Shown: piece by piece, positions 1 through 10,696 of the stretch
How positions within the stretch are numbered: the first letter of the stretch is position 1
How the letters are laid out: each line of letters starts with the position of its first letter
NCBI GenBank assembly: GCA_963783335.1
Contig: CAWAND010000010.1
Coordinates: 1,285,617-1,349,616, forward strand
From: an uncultured Chloroflexia bacterium
GTDB lineage: Bacteria > Chloroflexota > Anaerolineae > Anaerolineales > E44-bin32
DNA: 64,000 nt
Direction of reading: 5' to 3'
Program-made: the position numbers and the translations under genes
The notes under the pieces: generated by a model
Seen by the model: the letters and a program-made list of their open reading frames with translations, nothing else
Database searches by the model: none
Told to the model about the DNA's origin: nothing

Positions 1-2372
1 ATGTGGATCGCCTGAAGGTGCTCCAAACCGTCTATCAAGAGGAAGCCAGAGCTGCTGTCGAGGCCGGCCTGATATTTCCGGCTCATGACTACATCCTCAA
101 GAGTTCGCATGCGTTCAATGTCTTGGATGCGCGTGGGGCTGTGGGTGTCACCGAGCGTGCGGCTCTGTTCGGCAAGATGAGGGGCCTGGCACAGCGTGTG
201 GCCGAAGCTTATGTGGAAGACCGCCGGCAGCTTGGATTTCCGTGGTTGGATCGATGGCCGAAAACCAGCCTGGCCGCTCCTGAGGATCAGGCGGTCGATG
301 GTCCAGCTCCCGAAGGCCCTGCCGACTTCTTGCTTGAGATCGGTACCGAGGAACTGCCGGCAGGAGACCTAGCCGCAGCCGTCGAGCAGCTCACAAGTAC
401 CGTCCCCACCGCACTTGACGCAATGCGGCTGGGGCATGGCGCCGTGCATATCACAGGCACACCGCGCCGGCTGATCGTTCATGTGGAATCGCTCGCCCCA
501 AGGCAGCTTGACGCCGTGACAACGGTCAAGGGCCCTCCAGCTGACCGAGCCTACGACGAAGCAGGGGAGCCAACCCAGGCGGCCCAAGGTTTTGCTCGCG
601 GCCAGGGTGTCAGTGTGGACGAGCTGGAGATACGCGACCTCGACGGCGGGCGCTACGTGGTGGCTGAAGTCCGGCAGCCTGGTGAGTCGGCCGACAAAGT
701 GCTATCTGGACTTGTACCGGAGTTGCTTTCGGGCCTGCGCTTCGAGAAGACCATGCGTTGGGATGATTCCGAAGTGAGCTTCTCGAGGCCGATCAGAAAC
801 TTGCTCGCGCTGCATGGTTCACACGTGATTCCCATCCGCTACGCTGATCTGACTTCTGGCCGGAGGACTTTTGGGCTCAGGATGGACGGCGCTGGTGAAC
901 TGCCGGTCGAAGATGCCGCTGACTACTTCAAGCAGGTTGAGACCCAAGGTGTCGTGGTTGATGCAGATCGACGTAGAGAACTCATATGGGACAGAACACT
1001 GGAGCTCGCTGGTGAAGTTGGCGGACAAGTGGAGGGCGATCCAGATCTGCTGAATGAAGTCACGGGTCTGGTCGAAGCACCGGCTGTGTTCCGTGGGGCA
1101 ATCCCTGCAGACTACCTTGAGCTGCCGAGGGCCGTGTTGGTCTCCGTGATGAAGAAGCATCAACGCTATTTCCCGGTCGAGTCCGATGGAAAACTCATGG
1201 CCTATTTCATAGGGGTCCGAAATGGCCGAGAAGAGAAACTTGAGGAAGTGATCCGCGGCAACGAGGCCGTCGTCAAGGCGCGCTTTGCCGACGCGGACTA
1301 CTTCGTGAAGCATGATCTTTCCCAGCCTCTCGAAGCCTACTTGCCTCGATTGGATACGCTTGTCTTCCAGTCTCAGTTGGGATCGATGCTGGACAAGGTC
1401 AAGCGTATCGAGCGGCTGACGGGTGTCATCGCTGAACGGTTGGGCTTGGACAAGGCACAATCCGATGCCGCCCAACGCGCGGCCCGGTTGTCCAAAGCCG
1501 ACTTGGCCACGCAGATGGTGGTCGAGATGACATCTCTGCAGGGCGAGATGGGCAGGATTTACGCCCAAGCAGCCGGAGAGTCGACTGCCGTGGCCCAGGC
1601 GATCTTCGAGCACTATCTACCTCGATATGCAGGTGACCAGCTGCCGAGCAGCCTGCCTGGGCTGACAGTGGGTATCGCCGATCGGTTGGATTCACTCAGC
1701 GGACTGTTTGCGGCGGGATTGGAGCCGACCGGGGGCAGCGATCCGTACGCGCTCCGGCGAGCTGCGATTGGCCTTATTCAGAGCCTGGTGGCGCATGAAA
1801 TCTCCTTAGACTTGACCTGGGCCATTGGGCAGGCTGCCGAAGGGCTGCCCGTCGAGGCGTCCCCCAAGGCGCTGCAGGAGTGCCTCGATTTCATGCGGGG
1901 TCGGGAGAATCCCTCCTGCTGAGCGAGGGCCATCGGCATGACGTCGTCAAGGCAATTCTCCGAGAGCAATGGCACGATCCTGCCGGCGCCGCCCAAGGCG
2001 TGGATCAACTCGGAGAATGGGTAGAGCAGGATGATTGGGAAGCAACGCTTCAAGCTTATGCCGCGGTGTGCCCGAATCACTCGGAGTCAGCCAGGGGATC
2101 GCCAGGTTGACCCAAAAATCTTCCAGGACGAGGCAGAAAAGACCCTGTTTGGTGCGCTGCGGACGGCCGAAGACCAAGAAAGGGATCCTGGATCGGTGGA
2201 TGGCTTTCGGACGGCGTTCACGCCGATGATCTCGCCGATTAACGCCTTCTTTGAAGAGGTCTTGGTCATGGCGGAGGATCCGAAGCTCCAAAGCAACCGC
2301 CTGGGTCTTCTCGATCGAGTCGTTGCCCTCGCCGCCGGAGTGGCTGATTTTTCCCAGCTAGAGGGATTCTGA
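1..2372 (+). CDS. glyS: Fused glycine-tRNA ligase alpha+beta (5' end outside window; two apparent frameshifts near 1905 and 2061)
   Basis: GlyQ C-terminal motif (HDYILKSSHAFNVLDARGAVGVTER) is in frame with GlyS motifs (FLLEIGTEELP, MKKHQRYF, KADL, SDPYALRR). The C-terminus continues in ORFs 1880-2110 and 2031-2372 (FFEEVLVMAED..NRLGLL). Confidence 0.93.
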
Positions 2373-2400
2373 CCCAGCCTGGCAGTTTTTCTCCCCGCAT

Positions 2401-2430
2401 TTGCCTGAGGATCAGTCTAGAGGCTATAAT
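2401..2430 (+). promoter_or_regulatory. sigma70-type promoter for dnaG-rpoD
   Basis: TTGCCT-N18-TATAAT, about 90 nt upstream of the dnaG ATG. Confidence 0.6.
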
Positions 2431-2464
2431 GCCGGCCCAGTCAAGGATGGGGCGGCTCTTTTTT
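2431..2464 (+). terminator. Probable intrinsic terminator after glyQS
   Basis: Imperfect GCCGGCCCA/TGGGGCGGC stem followed by TCTTTTTT. Confidence 0.5.
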
Positions 2465-2521
2465 CGCCCTCGCGTTCCGGGGGCGCAACATCGGTCGATC
2501 CCCTGATTTACGAGGAATCAG

Positions 2522-4445
2522 ATGAACGTTGTAGACGAAGTCAAGGACCGAATTGACATCGTCGAGCTGGTCGGCGAGACGGTCAAGTTGAGGAAATCGG
2601 GCAAGAACTACACCGGCTTTTGCCCATTTCACTCGAATACGCGCACGCCTGCGTTTGTCGTCTTCCCCGATACCGGGACTTGGCGCTGCTTTGGAGCCTG
2701 CAACGAGGGCGGCGACATCTTCACCTATGTCATGAAGAAGGAAGGTTGGGACTTTCCCGAGGCGCTGCGAATCCTGGGCGAGCGAGCCGGGGTCGAGGTC
2801 CGCCCGTTGACGCCCGAACGAGCGGCGGAGGCCGAGGCGCACGAACAGCTCCGAGAGCTTCTCGAATCGGCCGTTACCTTCTTCCGTCATCAGCTGCGAG
2901 CGACCGAGGAAGGCAAGCGCGTGCTGGCCTATCTGCTGGGGCGTGGCCTGAACGAATTGGCCCTCGAGGCATTTGAGCTAGGTTTTGCACCTAACTCATG
3001 GGATGCGACCCTGACCCATCTGCTGGACAAAGGACACACACCCGAAGACCTCGCGGCAGTTGGCTTGGTGAGCGAGCGCGAGTCTGGGGGAATCTACGAT
3101 CGATTTCGGAATCGCATTATGATCCCGATCCGCGATCCGCGTGGCCGAATGGTTGGTTTTGGCGCCAGGGTGGTCGACCCCGACGACCTGCCCAAGTTCC
3201 TCAACTCCCCGCAGACCGTCCTCTTCGACAAGGGTCGGCTGCTCTATGGCTTGGATCGTGCCCGCAAAGCCATTCGAGCGGAAGATCAAGCCGTTATCGT
3301 TGAGGGCTATCTCGATGTCATCGCGCTCCACCAGGCAGGTTTCAAAAACGCCGTCTCCCCGATGGGAACGGCTCTGTCTGAGCCCCAGTTGGCGCTCTTG
3401 AAACGATACAGCCGGCGGATGATCTTGGCATTGGACTCTGATGCGGCAGGTGACAAGGCCACATTGCGTGGGCTGGACATTGCCCGAGAGGCGCTCGACC
3501 GTGAGTTCGATCCGGTGTTTGATGCGCGCGGTCTGGTCCGTCACGAGGGTCGCCTGGACGCCGAGCTAAGGATCGTAAGCTTGCCGGAAGGGCGGGATCC
3601 CGACGAGGTGGTGGTCGAGTCTCCGGAGGCTTGGCCCGAGCTGCTCAAAGACGCTCAAACGGTGGTCGACTACGTGATGAATGTCGCCATGCGCGGCCGG
3701 GATCTTGATGATGCGAAAGTGAAAGCCGAAGTGGCTCGGCAGGTGCTGCCATTGATCGAGGATGTCTCCGATGCCGTCGAGCGTGAAGCCTATCGGCAGA
3801 AGTTGGCCCGATCCTTGCACGTGGACGAACGGGCACTGATGGCCTGGCGAGCTGAGCCGCGGCGAGGATCCAGGAGTCAGTCTTCTGCGGACACTTCAAA
3901 GCGGGGACCTTCCCGGAATGGGCAACAAGCTCAGCACGAGAGATTCTGCCTCGGACTTCTGCTACATCAACCGGGTCTGATCTACCGCTTGGATCGGGAG
4001 CTACAGTCTCTTGATTTGGAGCGGTTGGAACGGGATGATTTCACGAGTACTGAACGCCAAATGATCTTCTCTGCGCTCAAGAAGGGGATGGCGCAGGAGG
4101 ACGTTGACCCTGACCGGGCGTGGCGGCTGGGGTTGGAGCCAAGCTTGGTTGAATATGCTGAGAGCCTCAAAGCAGAGCGTGCAGGAGGAGGACTTGGCTC
4201 CGCAGTCGGCTCTGACTTCGGTCCTGGAGAACGCATTGCGAATTCGACAGCGTAGGATCAGCGACGAGTTGCTGCAGATTCAGTTTCGTCAACAGACGGC
4301 GCATGAGTCAAACGACCAGGAATCGACGAATGATCTGGATGCGAGGGCGGTCTTCTTGGCGGCCGAGAAGCGGAAATTGGACAGAGCACAGGCCCCCCGG
4401 AGACCTGAACGAGCGGGAGCGGCCTCCCGCATCGGGACCGGGTAG
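2522..4445 (+). CDS. dnaG: DNA primase (apparent frameshift near 4169)
   Basis: CPFH..C..C zinc finger, [23 protein letters not shown] and TOPRIM DSDAAG. The C-terminal helical domain continues in ORF 4104-4445, which ends 2 nt before rpoD. Confidence 0.93.
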
Positions 4446-4447
4446 GC

Positions 4448-6046
4448 ATGGCTGACTCCGGGAAGTCACGCCCCGCCAAGGTGCCCAAGCGCCGGCGTCC
4501 GCAGCGTCACGAAGATGATGATGCGGTAGACGTGGTCGATGGCCTGCCGGTAGATGTCGACCCCGATCTGAACAGTGACGAGGTCGACCTCGACTCGGAT
4601 GAACACGAAGAGGATGAATCAAATCAATCACACGACGATGCGGACAGTCGCGAGGAGGTCAATCTGACGGTCGATCAGACCAATGATCCGGTTCGCCTGT
4701 ATCTGAAAGAGATCGGGCGCGTGGATCTCTTGGAATCCCATCAAGAGCTCTGGCTGAGCGTGCGCATGGAAGCCGCCAGGCGGCTGGATGTCCTGCGAGC
4801 GGGGCGTGCGGCCCGGACTGTTAAGGATGAAGACAAGCAGGCCCGGGCGGTTCAAGAGGAGATCTTTGAAGACCTCAAGACCGCTTGGAAACGCGTGGTG
4901 GAGGACGGAAAGCGCTTGGGGCACGGGAAGCCGGACCTGGGGCTCATCCTGGAGGAGGCCCGCCAGCTTCGTCAGGATTGGATGGTTGAAACCCCATCCT
5001 ATCTACGCGCCTGGCTCGACAATGGGATGTGGGGAAATGACCCGGCCTGGGAGCAGCTGGCTCGCAACGCCATAGAAGTCTTCATTGCTTTCTACCTCTT
5101 CACTCCGGAAATCCAAGCCCGACTGTCAGAGCGGTTTGCTAAAGGAGAAGGAGTCCCGACGAAGCGAACCTTCCGTCGCTGGCTTCCCGAGCGGGAGATG
5201 ATTGATGCAGATGCCCGCGTGGTCCACGCTCTGGCCGACGAGGCCCAGGCCGATCTGATCCGGGCCAATCTGCGCCTCGTGGTGAGTGTTGCCAAGCGCT
5301 ACATGGGGCGTGGCATTGCATTTCAAGATCTGATCCAGGAGGGAAATATTGGCCTTCTGCGGGCGGTGGAGAAATTCGACCCGGCGAAGGGATACAAGTT
5401 CAGCACCTATGCCACATGGTGGATTCGCCAAGCCATAAGCAGGGCTATTGCCGACCAGGCTCGGACGATTCGCATTCCGGTTCACATGTTCGAAACCATT
5501 AACAGGCTCATGCGCATTCAACGCCGCATGGTGCAAGACCTGGGGCGTGAGCCCACTTCCGAGGAGTTGGCGCTCGAGATGGAACTGCTCGAGCCCGACG
5601 AAATCGCCGGCATTCGTACCAGCATTGAAGAAGGAGTCCCGCCGGCTCCTGTGCTGATGCGGAAGTGGCGTCGAGCGGCTGCCAAGGTGCGCAAGATCAT
5701 CAGGACCGCCCAGGAGCCGATGTCCTTGGAAACCCCGATTGGCACGGAAGAGTCGAGCCAACTGGGCGATTTCATCGAAGACGATAGCATGCCAGAGCCT
5801 GTTGATGCAGCCGCCAAGCAGCTGCTCAAAGAACAGGTTCAGAATGCACTTGCGGTGCTCACGGAGCGCGAGCGGCAGGTCCTCGAAATGCGTTTTGGTT
5901 TGCAGGATGGCAAGGATTACACGCTCGAAGAGGTCGGAAAATACTTCAACGTAACCCGCGAGCGTATTCGGCAGATTGAAGCCAAGGCTCTGAGAAAGCT
6001 GCGTCACCCGACGCGCAGCCGGCATTTGCGCGACTATCTTTCTTAG
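4448..6046 (+). CDS. rpoD: Primary RNA polymerase sigma factor RpoD/SigA
   Basis: [67 protein letters not shown]; follows dnaG. Confidence 0.96.
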   Translation: MADSGKSRPAKVPKRRRPQRHEDDDAVDVVDGLPVDVDPDLNSDEVDLDSDEHEEDESNQSHDDADSREEVNLTVDQTNDPVRLYLKEIGRVDLLESHQELWLSVRMEAARRLDVLRAGRAARTVKDEDKQARAVQEEIFEDLKTAWKRVVEDGKRLGHGKPDLGLILEEARQLRQDWMVETPSYLRAWLDNGMWGNDPAWEQLARNAIEVFIAFYLFTPEIQARLSERFAKGEGVPTKRTFRRWLPEREMIDADARVVHALADEAQADLIRANLRLVVSVAKRYMGRGIAFQDLIQEGNIGLLRAVEKFDPAKGYKFSTYATWWIRQAISRAIADQARTIRIPVHMFETINRLMRIQRRMVQDLGREPTSEELALEMELLEPDEIAGIRTSIEEGVPPAPVLMRKWRRAAAKVRKIIRTAQEPMSLETPIGTEESSQLGDFIEDDSMPEPVDAAAKQLLKEQVQNALAVLTERERQVLEMRFGLQDGKDYTLEEVGKYFNVTRERIRQIEAKALRKLRHPTRSRHLRDYLS

Positions 6047-6136
6047 GCATCCCCAGCGTCAGACCCCTCAAGAAGGACCTGAATAGGAGCCAGCCTCATC
6101 TGATGGATGGGCTGCCCTGCCTCCTTTGCCTCGAAT

Positions 6137-6164
6137 TTGACCGCCGATTCGCTTGTGATAAAAT
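6137..6164 (+). promoter_or_regulatory. sigma70-type promoter of nuo operon
   Basis: TTGACC-N16-TAAAAT with extended TG; GAGGAG SD before the ATG at 6221. Confidence 0.6.
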
Positions 6165-6220
6165 GAACTAGTTGCCGATCCAGGAGGCAGGTTGTGCCTG
6201 GGACCATCACCGAGGAGCGC

Positions 6221-6580
6221 ATGCTCGCTGACTACCTTCCCATTGCCATTGTGCTTGTCCTCGCCACGGCGGTGGCGTTTTTGGTGGTTGGCATCGGGCA
6301 TACATTTGGCCCTCGGAAACACACTCTTCGCAAGTCTCTACCCTACGAATCAGGTATGCGCCCGTATGGCGCCGGACGAAGGCAGATCCCGGTCCACTAC
6401 TATCGTGTGGCCGTCCTCTTCATCTTGTTTGATGTGGAGACCGTCTTCCTGATTCCTTGGGCAATCGTCCTCAGGAGTCTCAAAGTCTTCGGTCTGATCG
6501 AGATGGGCCTATTTATCCTGATCCTGCTCGTCGGTTTTGCCTATGCGTGGCGGAAAGGCGCCCTTGAATGGGAGCTGTGA
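6221..6580 (+). CDS. nuoA: NADH-quinone oxidoreductase subunit A
   Basis: PYESG, FILFDVE, KGALEW; 3 TM helices. Confidence 0.95.
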   Translation: MLADYLPIAIVLVLATAVAFLVVGIGHTFGPRKHTLRKSLPYESGMRPYGAGRRQIPVHYYRVAVLFILFDVETVFLIPWAIVLRSLKVFGLIEMGLFILILLVGFAYAWRKGALEWEL

Positions 6581-7053
6581 GTCAGAAGACAGGTAGTTTT
6601 GGTGCGGTGGCCATGCCGCTTGAAAAGGCTGTCAATTGGGCCAGAACAGGTGCGATGTGGCCGATGCTGTTCGGTTTGGCCTGCTGTGCGATCGAAATGA
6701 TGTCGGCGCAAGCCTCCGACTACGACATGAGCCGGTTCGGGATGGAGCTGATGCGGGGCAGCCCCCGTCAGAGCGATCTAATGATCGTCGCTGGTCGGGT
6801 GAGTCGAAAGATGGCGCCCGTTCTCCGCCGGCTCTATGATCAAATGCCGTCGCCCAAATGGGTCATTTCAATGGGTGATTGTGCGTCTTGCAGCGGGGTC
6901 TTTAACAACTATGCCCTGATGCAAGGTGTGGACGAGGTGGTCCCTGTCGATGTGTACGTCGCCGGCTGCCCGCCGCGCCCTGAGGCGCTGATTCACGGCG
7001 TCCTGCTGCTTCATGAGAAGGTCAAAAAGGAAAAGCTGGCCGATTGGGCCTGA
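6568..7053 (+). CDS. nuoB: NADH-quinone oxidoreductase subunit B
   Basis: [24 protein letters not shown]. Confidence 0.96.
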   Translation: MGAVSQKTGSFGAVAMPLEKAVNWARTGAMWPMLFGLACCAIEMMSAQASDYDMSRFGMELMRGSPRQSDLMIVAGRVSRKMAPVLRRLYDQMPSPKWVISMGDCASCSGVFNNYALMQGVDEVVPVDVYVAGCPPRPEALIHGVLLLHEKVKKEKLADWA

Positions 7054-7128
7054 TTTGTCGCCGCTTGCGTGCCGTCGCCCAAGTAACTTGGACGGCATCG
7101 CGCGAAACGAAATCCACCGAGGAGCACC

Positions 7129-7650
7129 ATGAGCGTCACTGAACAATCCGTCGCCTTGCTCAAGGACCGCCTGGGGGATGACATCCTTGACGTGTCCACA
7201 TTCCGCGGCGATACGACAGTGACGCTTGAACCAAAGGCCGTGGTCATGGCCTGCAAGCTTCTGCATGACGACCCTGACCTCAATTTCGATTTCCTTGCCC
7301 TGCTGACAGCGGTCGACTATTGGCCGGCGGAGCCGCGTTTTGCCGTCGTCTACCGCTTGTACAGCGTGGCGAACAACTTGTTCTTCGGATTGAGGGTGCC
7401 GGTTCCCGGCCAGGATCCAGTTGTCCCGACCGTTAAATCGGTGTTCAAGAACGCCAACTGGCACGAGCGCGAGGTGTATGACATGTTTGGCGTTCAATTC
7501 GAAGGTCATTCGGACATGCGCCGGATCTTGATGCCGGAGGATTGGGAAGGCCATCCTCTGCGTAAAGACTATCCCTTGGGATACGAAGAAGTCCAATTCA
7601 CATTCAACTTCGACGAGATCGACCGACGAAAGCCGTACGCGAAGGAATGA
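7129..7650 (+). CDS. nuoC: NADH-quinone oxidoreductase subunit C
   Basis: EREVYDMFG, RRILMP, GHPLRKDYP. Confidence 0.96.
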   Translation: MSVTEQSVALLKDRLGDDILDVSTFRGDTTVTLEPKAVVMACKLLHDDPDLNFDFLALLTAVDYWPAEPRFAVVYRLYSVANNLFFGLRVPVPGQDPVVPTVKSVFKNANWHEREVYDMFGVQFEGHSDMRRILMPEDWEGHPLRKDYPLGYEEVQFTFNFDEIDRRKPYAKE

Positions 7651-8912
7651 TGACCGACAATACTAAGGACGAACACCTCGCCTCCGAAACCGGAGATGAG
7701 GCCATCCCAGAAGAACTCAAACACCTGGTGTCGGAGCGCGCCTTCACTGGCGAAACGATGCTGTTGAACATGGGGCCGCAGCATCCTAGCACGCATGGGG
7801 TTCTGCGGCTGCTTCTCGAACTTGATGGCGAGGAGATCGTCAACTGCATCCCGGATATTGGCTTCTTACACACCGGGATTGAGAAGAACATGGAAGCCAA
7901 GACCTACGAGAAGGCCTTGGTCATGACCGACCGGATGGACTATCTAAACAACATGGGCAACAACCTCACCTATTGCTTGGCGATCGAGAAGCTGGTCGGT
8001 CTCGACGTGCCAGAGCGTGCCCAGGCCATCCGCGTGATCGGTGTCGAGCTGCAGCGAATCAACTCACATCTGGTGTGGTTGGGGACCCACGCGCTGGATC
8101 TGGCTGCGCAGTCTGTGTTTCTGTACACATTTCGCGAGCGCGAGCTCATCCTGGATATGTTTGAAATCCTGTCCGGGGCCAGGATGATGGGCTCATACAT
8201 CCGGCCGGGGGGCGTCTGGCGTGATCTACCCGAAGAGTTCGAGCCGGCTCTTCGCAGCTTTCTTGACGGATTCCCAACCAGACTGGATCAGTATGAGGCT
8301 CTTCTCACAAAGAATCCCATTTGGCTTGACCGAACCCGGGGCATAAGCCGGATGACGACGGATGAGGCGCTGCAGGAGGGGCTTACGGGGCCCCTGTTGA
8401 GGGCCACAGGTCTGGGCTTCGATCTGCGCAAAGCGCAGCCCTACAGCGGCTACGAAAAATACGATTTCGACATTCCCACGGAGTCCACCGGCGACGTGTA
8501 TGACCGTTACCAGGTGCGTATGCGTGAGATGCGTGAATCGCTGCGCATCATTAAGCAGGCCATTGATGATCTACCCGGGGGTCTATTCAGGAGCGACAAC
8601 CGGAAATTTGTCCCGCCGCCGCGGGCTGAATTGGGCCACAGCATGGAAGCCGTCATCCACCACTTCAAGCTGTGGACCGAGGGTTTTCGCGCGCCGAGCG
8701 GCGAAGTCTACGTTGCCACCGAGTCGCCGCGCGGCATCTTGGGATGTTATCTGGTTGGCGATGGCAGCCCGCATCCCTATCGGGTGCACTTCCGGACAGG
8801 GAGTTTTGCCGGTCTGCAGGCGCTTCCCGCCATGGCCAGGGGCCATCTCGTTTCCGACCTGGTGGCGATCATTAGCAGCGTCGACCCCGTATTGGGCGAC
8901 TCGGATCGCTAG
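7647..8912 (+). CDS. nuoD: NADH-quinone oxidoreductase subunit D
   Basis: NMGPQHPSTHGVLRL, HTGIEK, C-terminal D..DR. Confidence 0.96.
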   Translation: MMTDNTKDEHLASETGDEAIPEELKHLVSERAFTGETMLLNMGPQHPSTHGVLRLLLELDGEEIVNCIPDIGFLHTGIEKNMEAKTYEKALVMTDRMDYLNNMGNNLTYCLAIEKLVGLDVPERAQAIRVIGVELQRINSHLVWLGTHALDLAAQSVFLYTFRERELILDMFEILSGARMMGSYIRPGGVWRDLPEEFEPALRSFLDGFPTRLDQYEALLTKNPIWLDRTRGISRMTTDEALQEGLTGPLLRATGLGFDLRKAQPYSGYEKYDFDIPTESTGDVYDRYQVRMREMRESLRIIKQAIDDLPGGLFRSDNRKFVPPPRAELGHSMEAVIHHFKLWTEGFRAPSGEVYVATESPRGILGCYLVGDGSPHPYRVHFRTGSFAGLQALPAMARGHLVSDLVAIISSVDPVLGDSDR

Positions 8913-8951
8913 GGTGCAGTCTCAGCGGTCACGCATTCAGGAGTAAGGTCT

Positions 8952-9452
8952 TTGCTGGCAGATAAGTATCGCGAGCGAATTGATGGCATTCTGGCCAAGT
9001 ATCCGGAAGGACACAGAAGGGCCGCCATTATGCCGTTGTTGTATATGGCGCAGCACGAATACGGCTACCTCTCAAGACAGGCAGTGGATGAGGTGGCAGG
9101 CATCTTGGGGTTGGACCCGACTGAAGTCGGCAAGCTGATCGGCTTCTACACGCTGTTTCACGACGAACCCGGAGGGCGAGCAAGGGTGCAAATCTGCACC
9201 GATCTCCCCTGCGCCCTGCGCGGGGCAGAGCACTTCGCCGACGCGTTGTGCGAGAACATCGGCGTGCAACTTGGTGAGACGACGGAGGACGGTGCGCTGA
9301 CCATCGAAGCGGTCATGTGCCTGGCAGGTTGCGATCGTGCGCCGATGTTCCAGGTTCAAGATAGTGAAGGAATTCACTATCACGAGAATCAAACCGTTAA
9401 ATCGGCGATGGAGATCATCGAGGGGCTGAGAAAGCAGGCCGCCGATGACTGA
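8952..9452 (+). CDS. nuoE: NADH-quinone oxidoreductase subunit E (TTG start)
   Basis: CTDLPC..CLAGC 2Fe-2S ligands; AGGAG SD. Confidence 0.93.
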   Translation: MLADKYRERIDGILAKYPEGHRRAAIMPLLYMAQHEYGYLSRQAVDEVAGILGLDPTEVGKLIGFYTLFHDEPGGRARVQICTDLPCALRGAEHFADALCENIGVQLGETTEDGALTIEAVMCLAGCDRAPMFQVQDSEGIHYHENQTVKSAMEIIEGLRKQAADD

Positions 9453-10696
9453 GCATATTGTCCTTCGCCATCGTGATATCCCCGATATCGGCCAGCTCGA
9501 GGTCTATCTCAAGCATGGCGGGTTTGAAACCTTCACCGACGTGGTCAAGAACAAGTCTCCCCAGGAAATCATCGACGTTGTCAAAGCTTCCGGCCTGCGC
9601 GGGCGTGGGGGAGCGGGGTTCCCGACCGGATTGAAATGGAGCTTTCTCGGAAAGGCGAAGCCGCGGTATGTGGCGGTCAATGCCGACGAATCCGAGCCGG
9701 GGACGTTCAAAGACCGCGAGATCATGGAACACAATCCGTTCCAGTTCCTGGAAGGTGTGGCCATCTGCTGCTATGCCGCCGAAGCCAACCATGCCTACAT
9801 TTACATGCGCGGCGAGTTCTGGGACAACGCCGCCCGGATGGAAGAACACATCCAGCAGCTGTATGATCGGGGCTTCCTGGGCAAGAACCTGTTCGGTGCG
9901 GGATTCGATCTGGACTTTCATGTTCACCTGGGAGCGGGTGCCTACATCTGCGGCGAAGAGAGCGCCCTGCTGGAGTCGCTGGAAGGCAAGCTCGGCATGC
10001 CCCGCTTGCGGCCGCCGTTTCCGACGGTCAATGGGCTGTTCAGTGCTCCGACGGTGATCAACAATGTTGAGACGCTGACCAATGTGCCACTGATCGTTTC
10101 ACGGGGGTCTGATTGGTACCGGAGCTTCGGCACGGAAAAGAGCCCGGGCACCAAGATCTTCTGTCTTTCGGGAAACATCGCCAAGCCCGGCAACTACGAA
10201 CTGCCCCTGGGGACGCCCTTCCGAGAACTCATTTTTGAGCATGGCGGCGGGATTCCGGACGGGAAGAAGCTCAAGGCGATCCTGCCCGCTGGGGCTTCGG
10301 CTCCGATTCTTATGGCCACGGATGAGGTGCTCGACACGAAAATGGACTATGAGTCCGTCCCGAATGTCGGATCACAGCTCGGCTCAGCCTCGGTCATTAT
10401 CATTGACGAACTCGGTTGACATCTCGTGGGTGGAATACAAGATCACCAAATTCTTCAAACATGAGTCGTGTGGTAAGTGCACCCCCTGTCGTGAAGGAAC
10501 GTACTGGATGCTCCACATCCTTGAACGGATACATGAAGGCACGGCGACGCCGGATGATGTAGATCTGCTGGATTCTGTGGCTCAGGGGGTTCAGGGCAAG
10601 TGTCTCTGCGCGCTGGGAGAGTTCGCTTCTGGTGCCGTGGTGGCCGGAGTGGAAAGGTTCCGCTCGGACTTCGATCTCAAGGTAGCGAGCCAATAA
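9445..10696 (+). CDS. nuoF: NADH-quinone oxidoreductase subunit F (apparent frameshift near 10409)
   Basis: GLRGRGGAGFPTG, DESEPGTFKDR and GAGAYICGEE in the first frame; HESCGKCTPCREG..CLC cluster motif in ORF 10235-10696. Confidence 0.93.

Noticed and set aside
4104-4445. Programmed frameshift or separate gene at the dnaG 3' end
   Set aside because: No slippery heptamer; same single-base duplication pattern as the other breaks.
10235-10696. Split nuoF as two genes
   Set aside because: Removing one A restores IIIDDSVDI continuity, and the second part has no convincing start.
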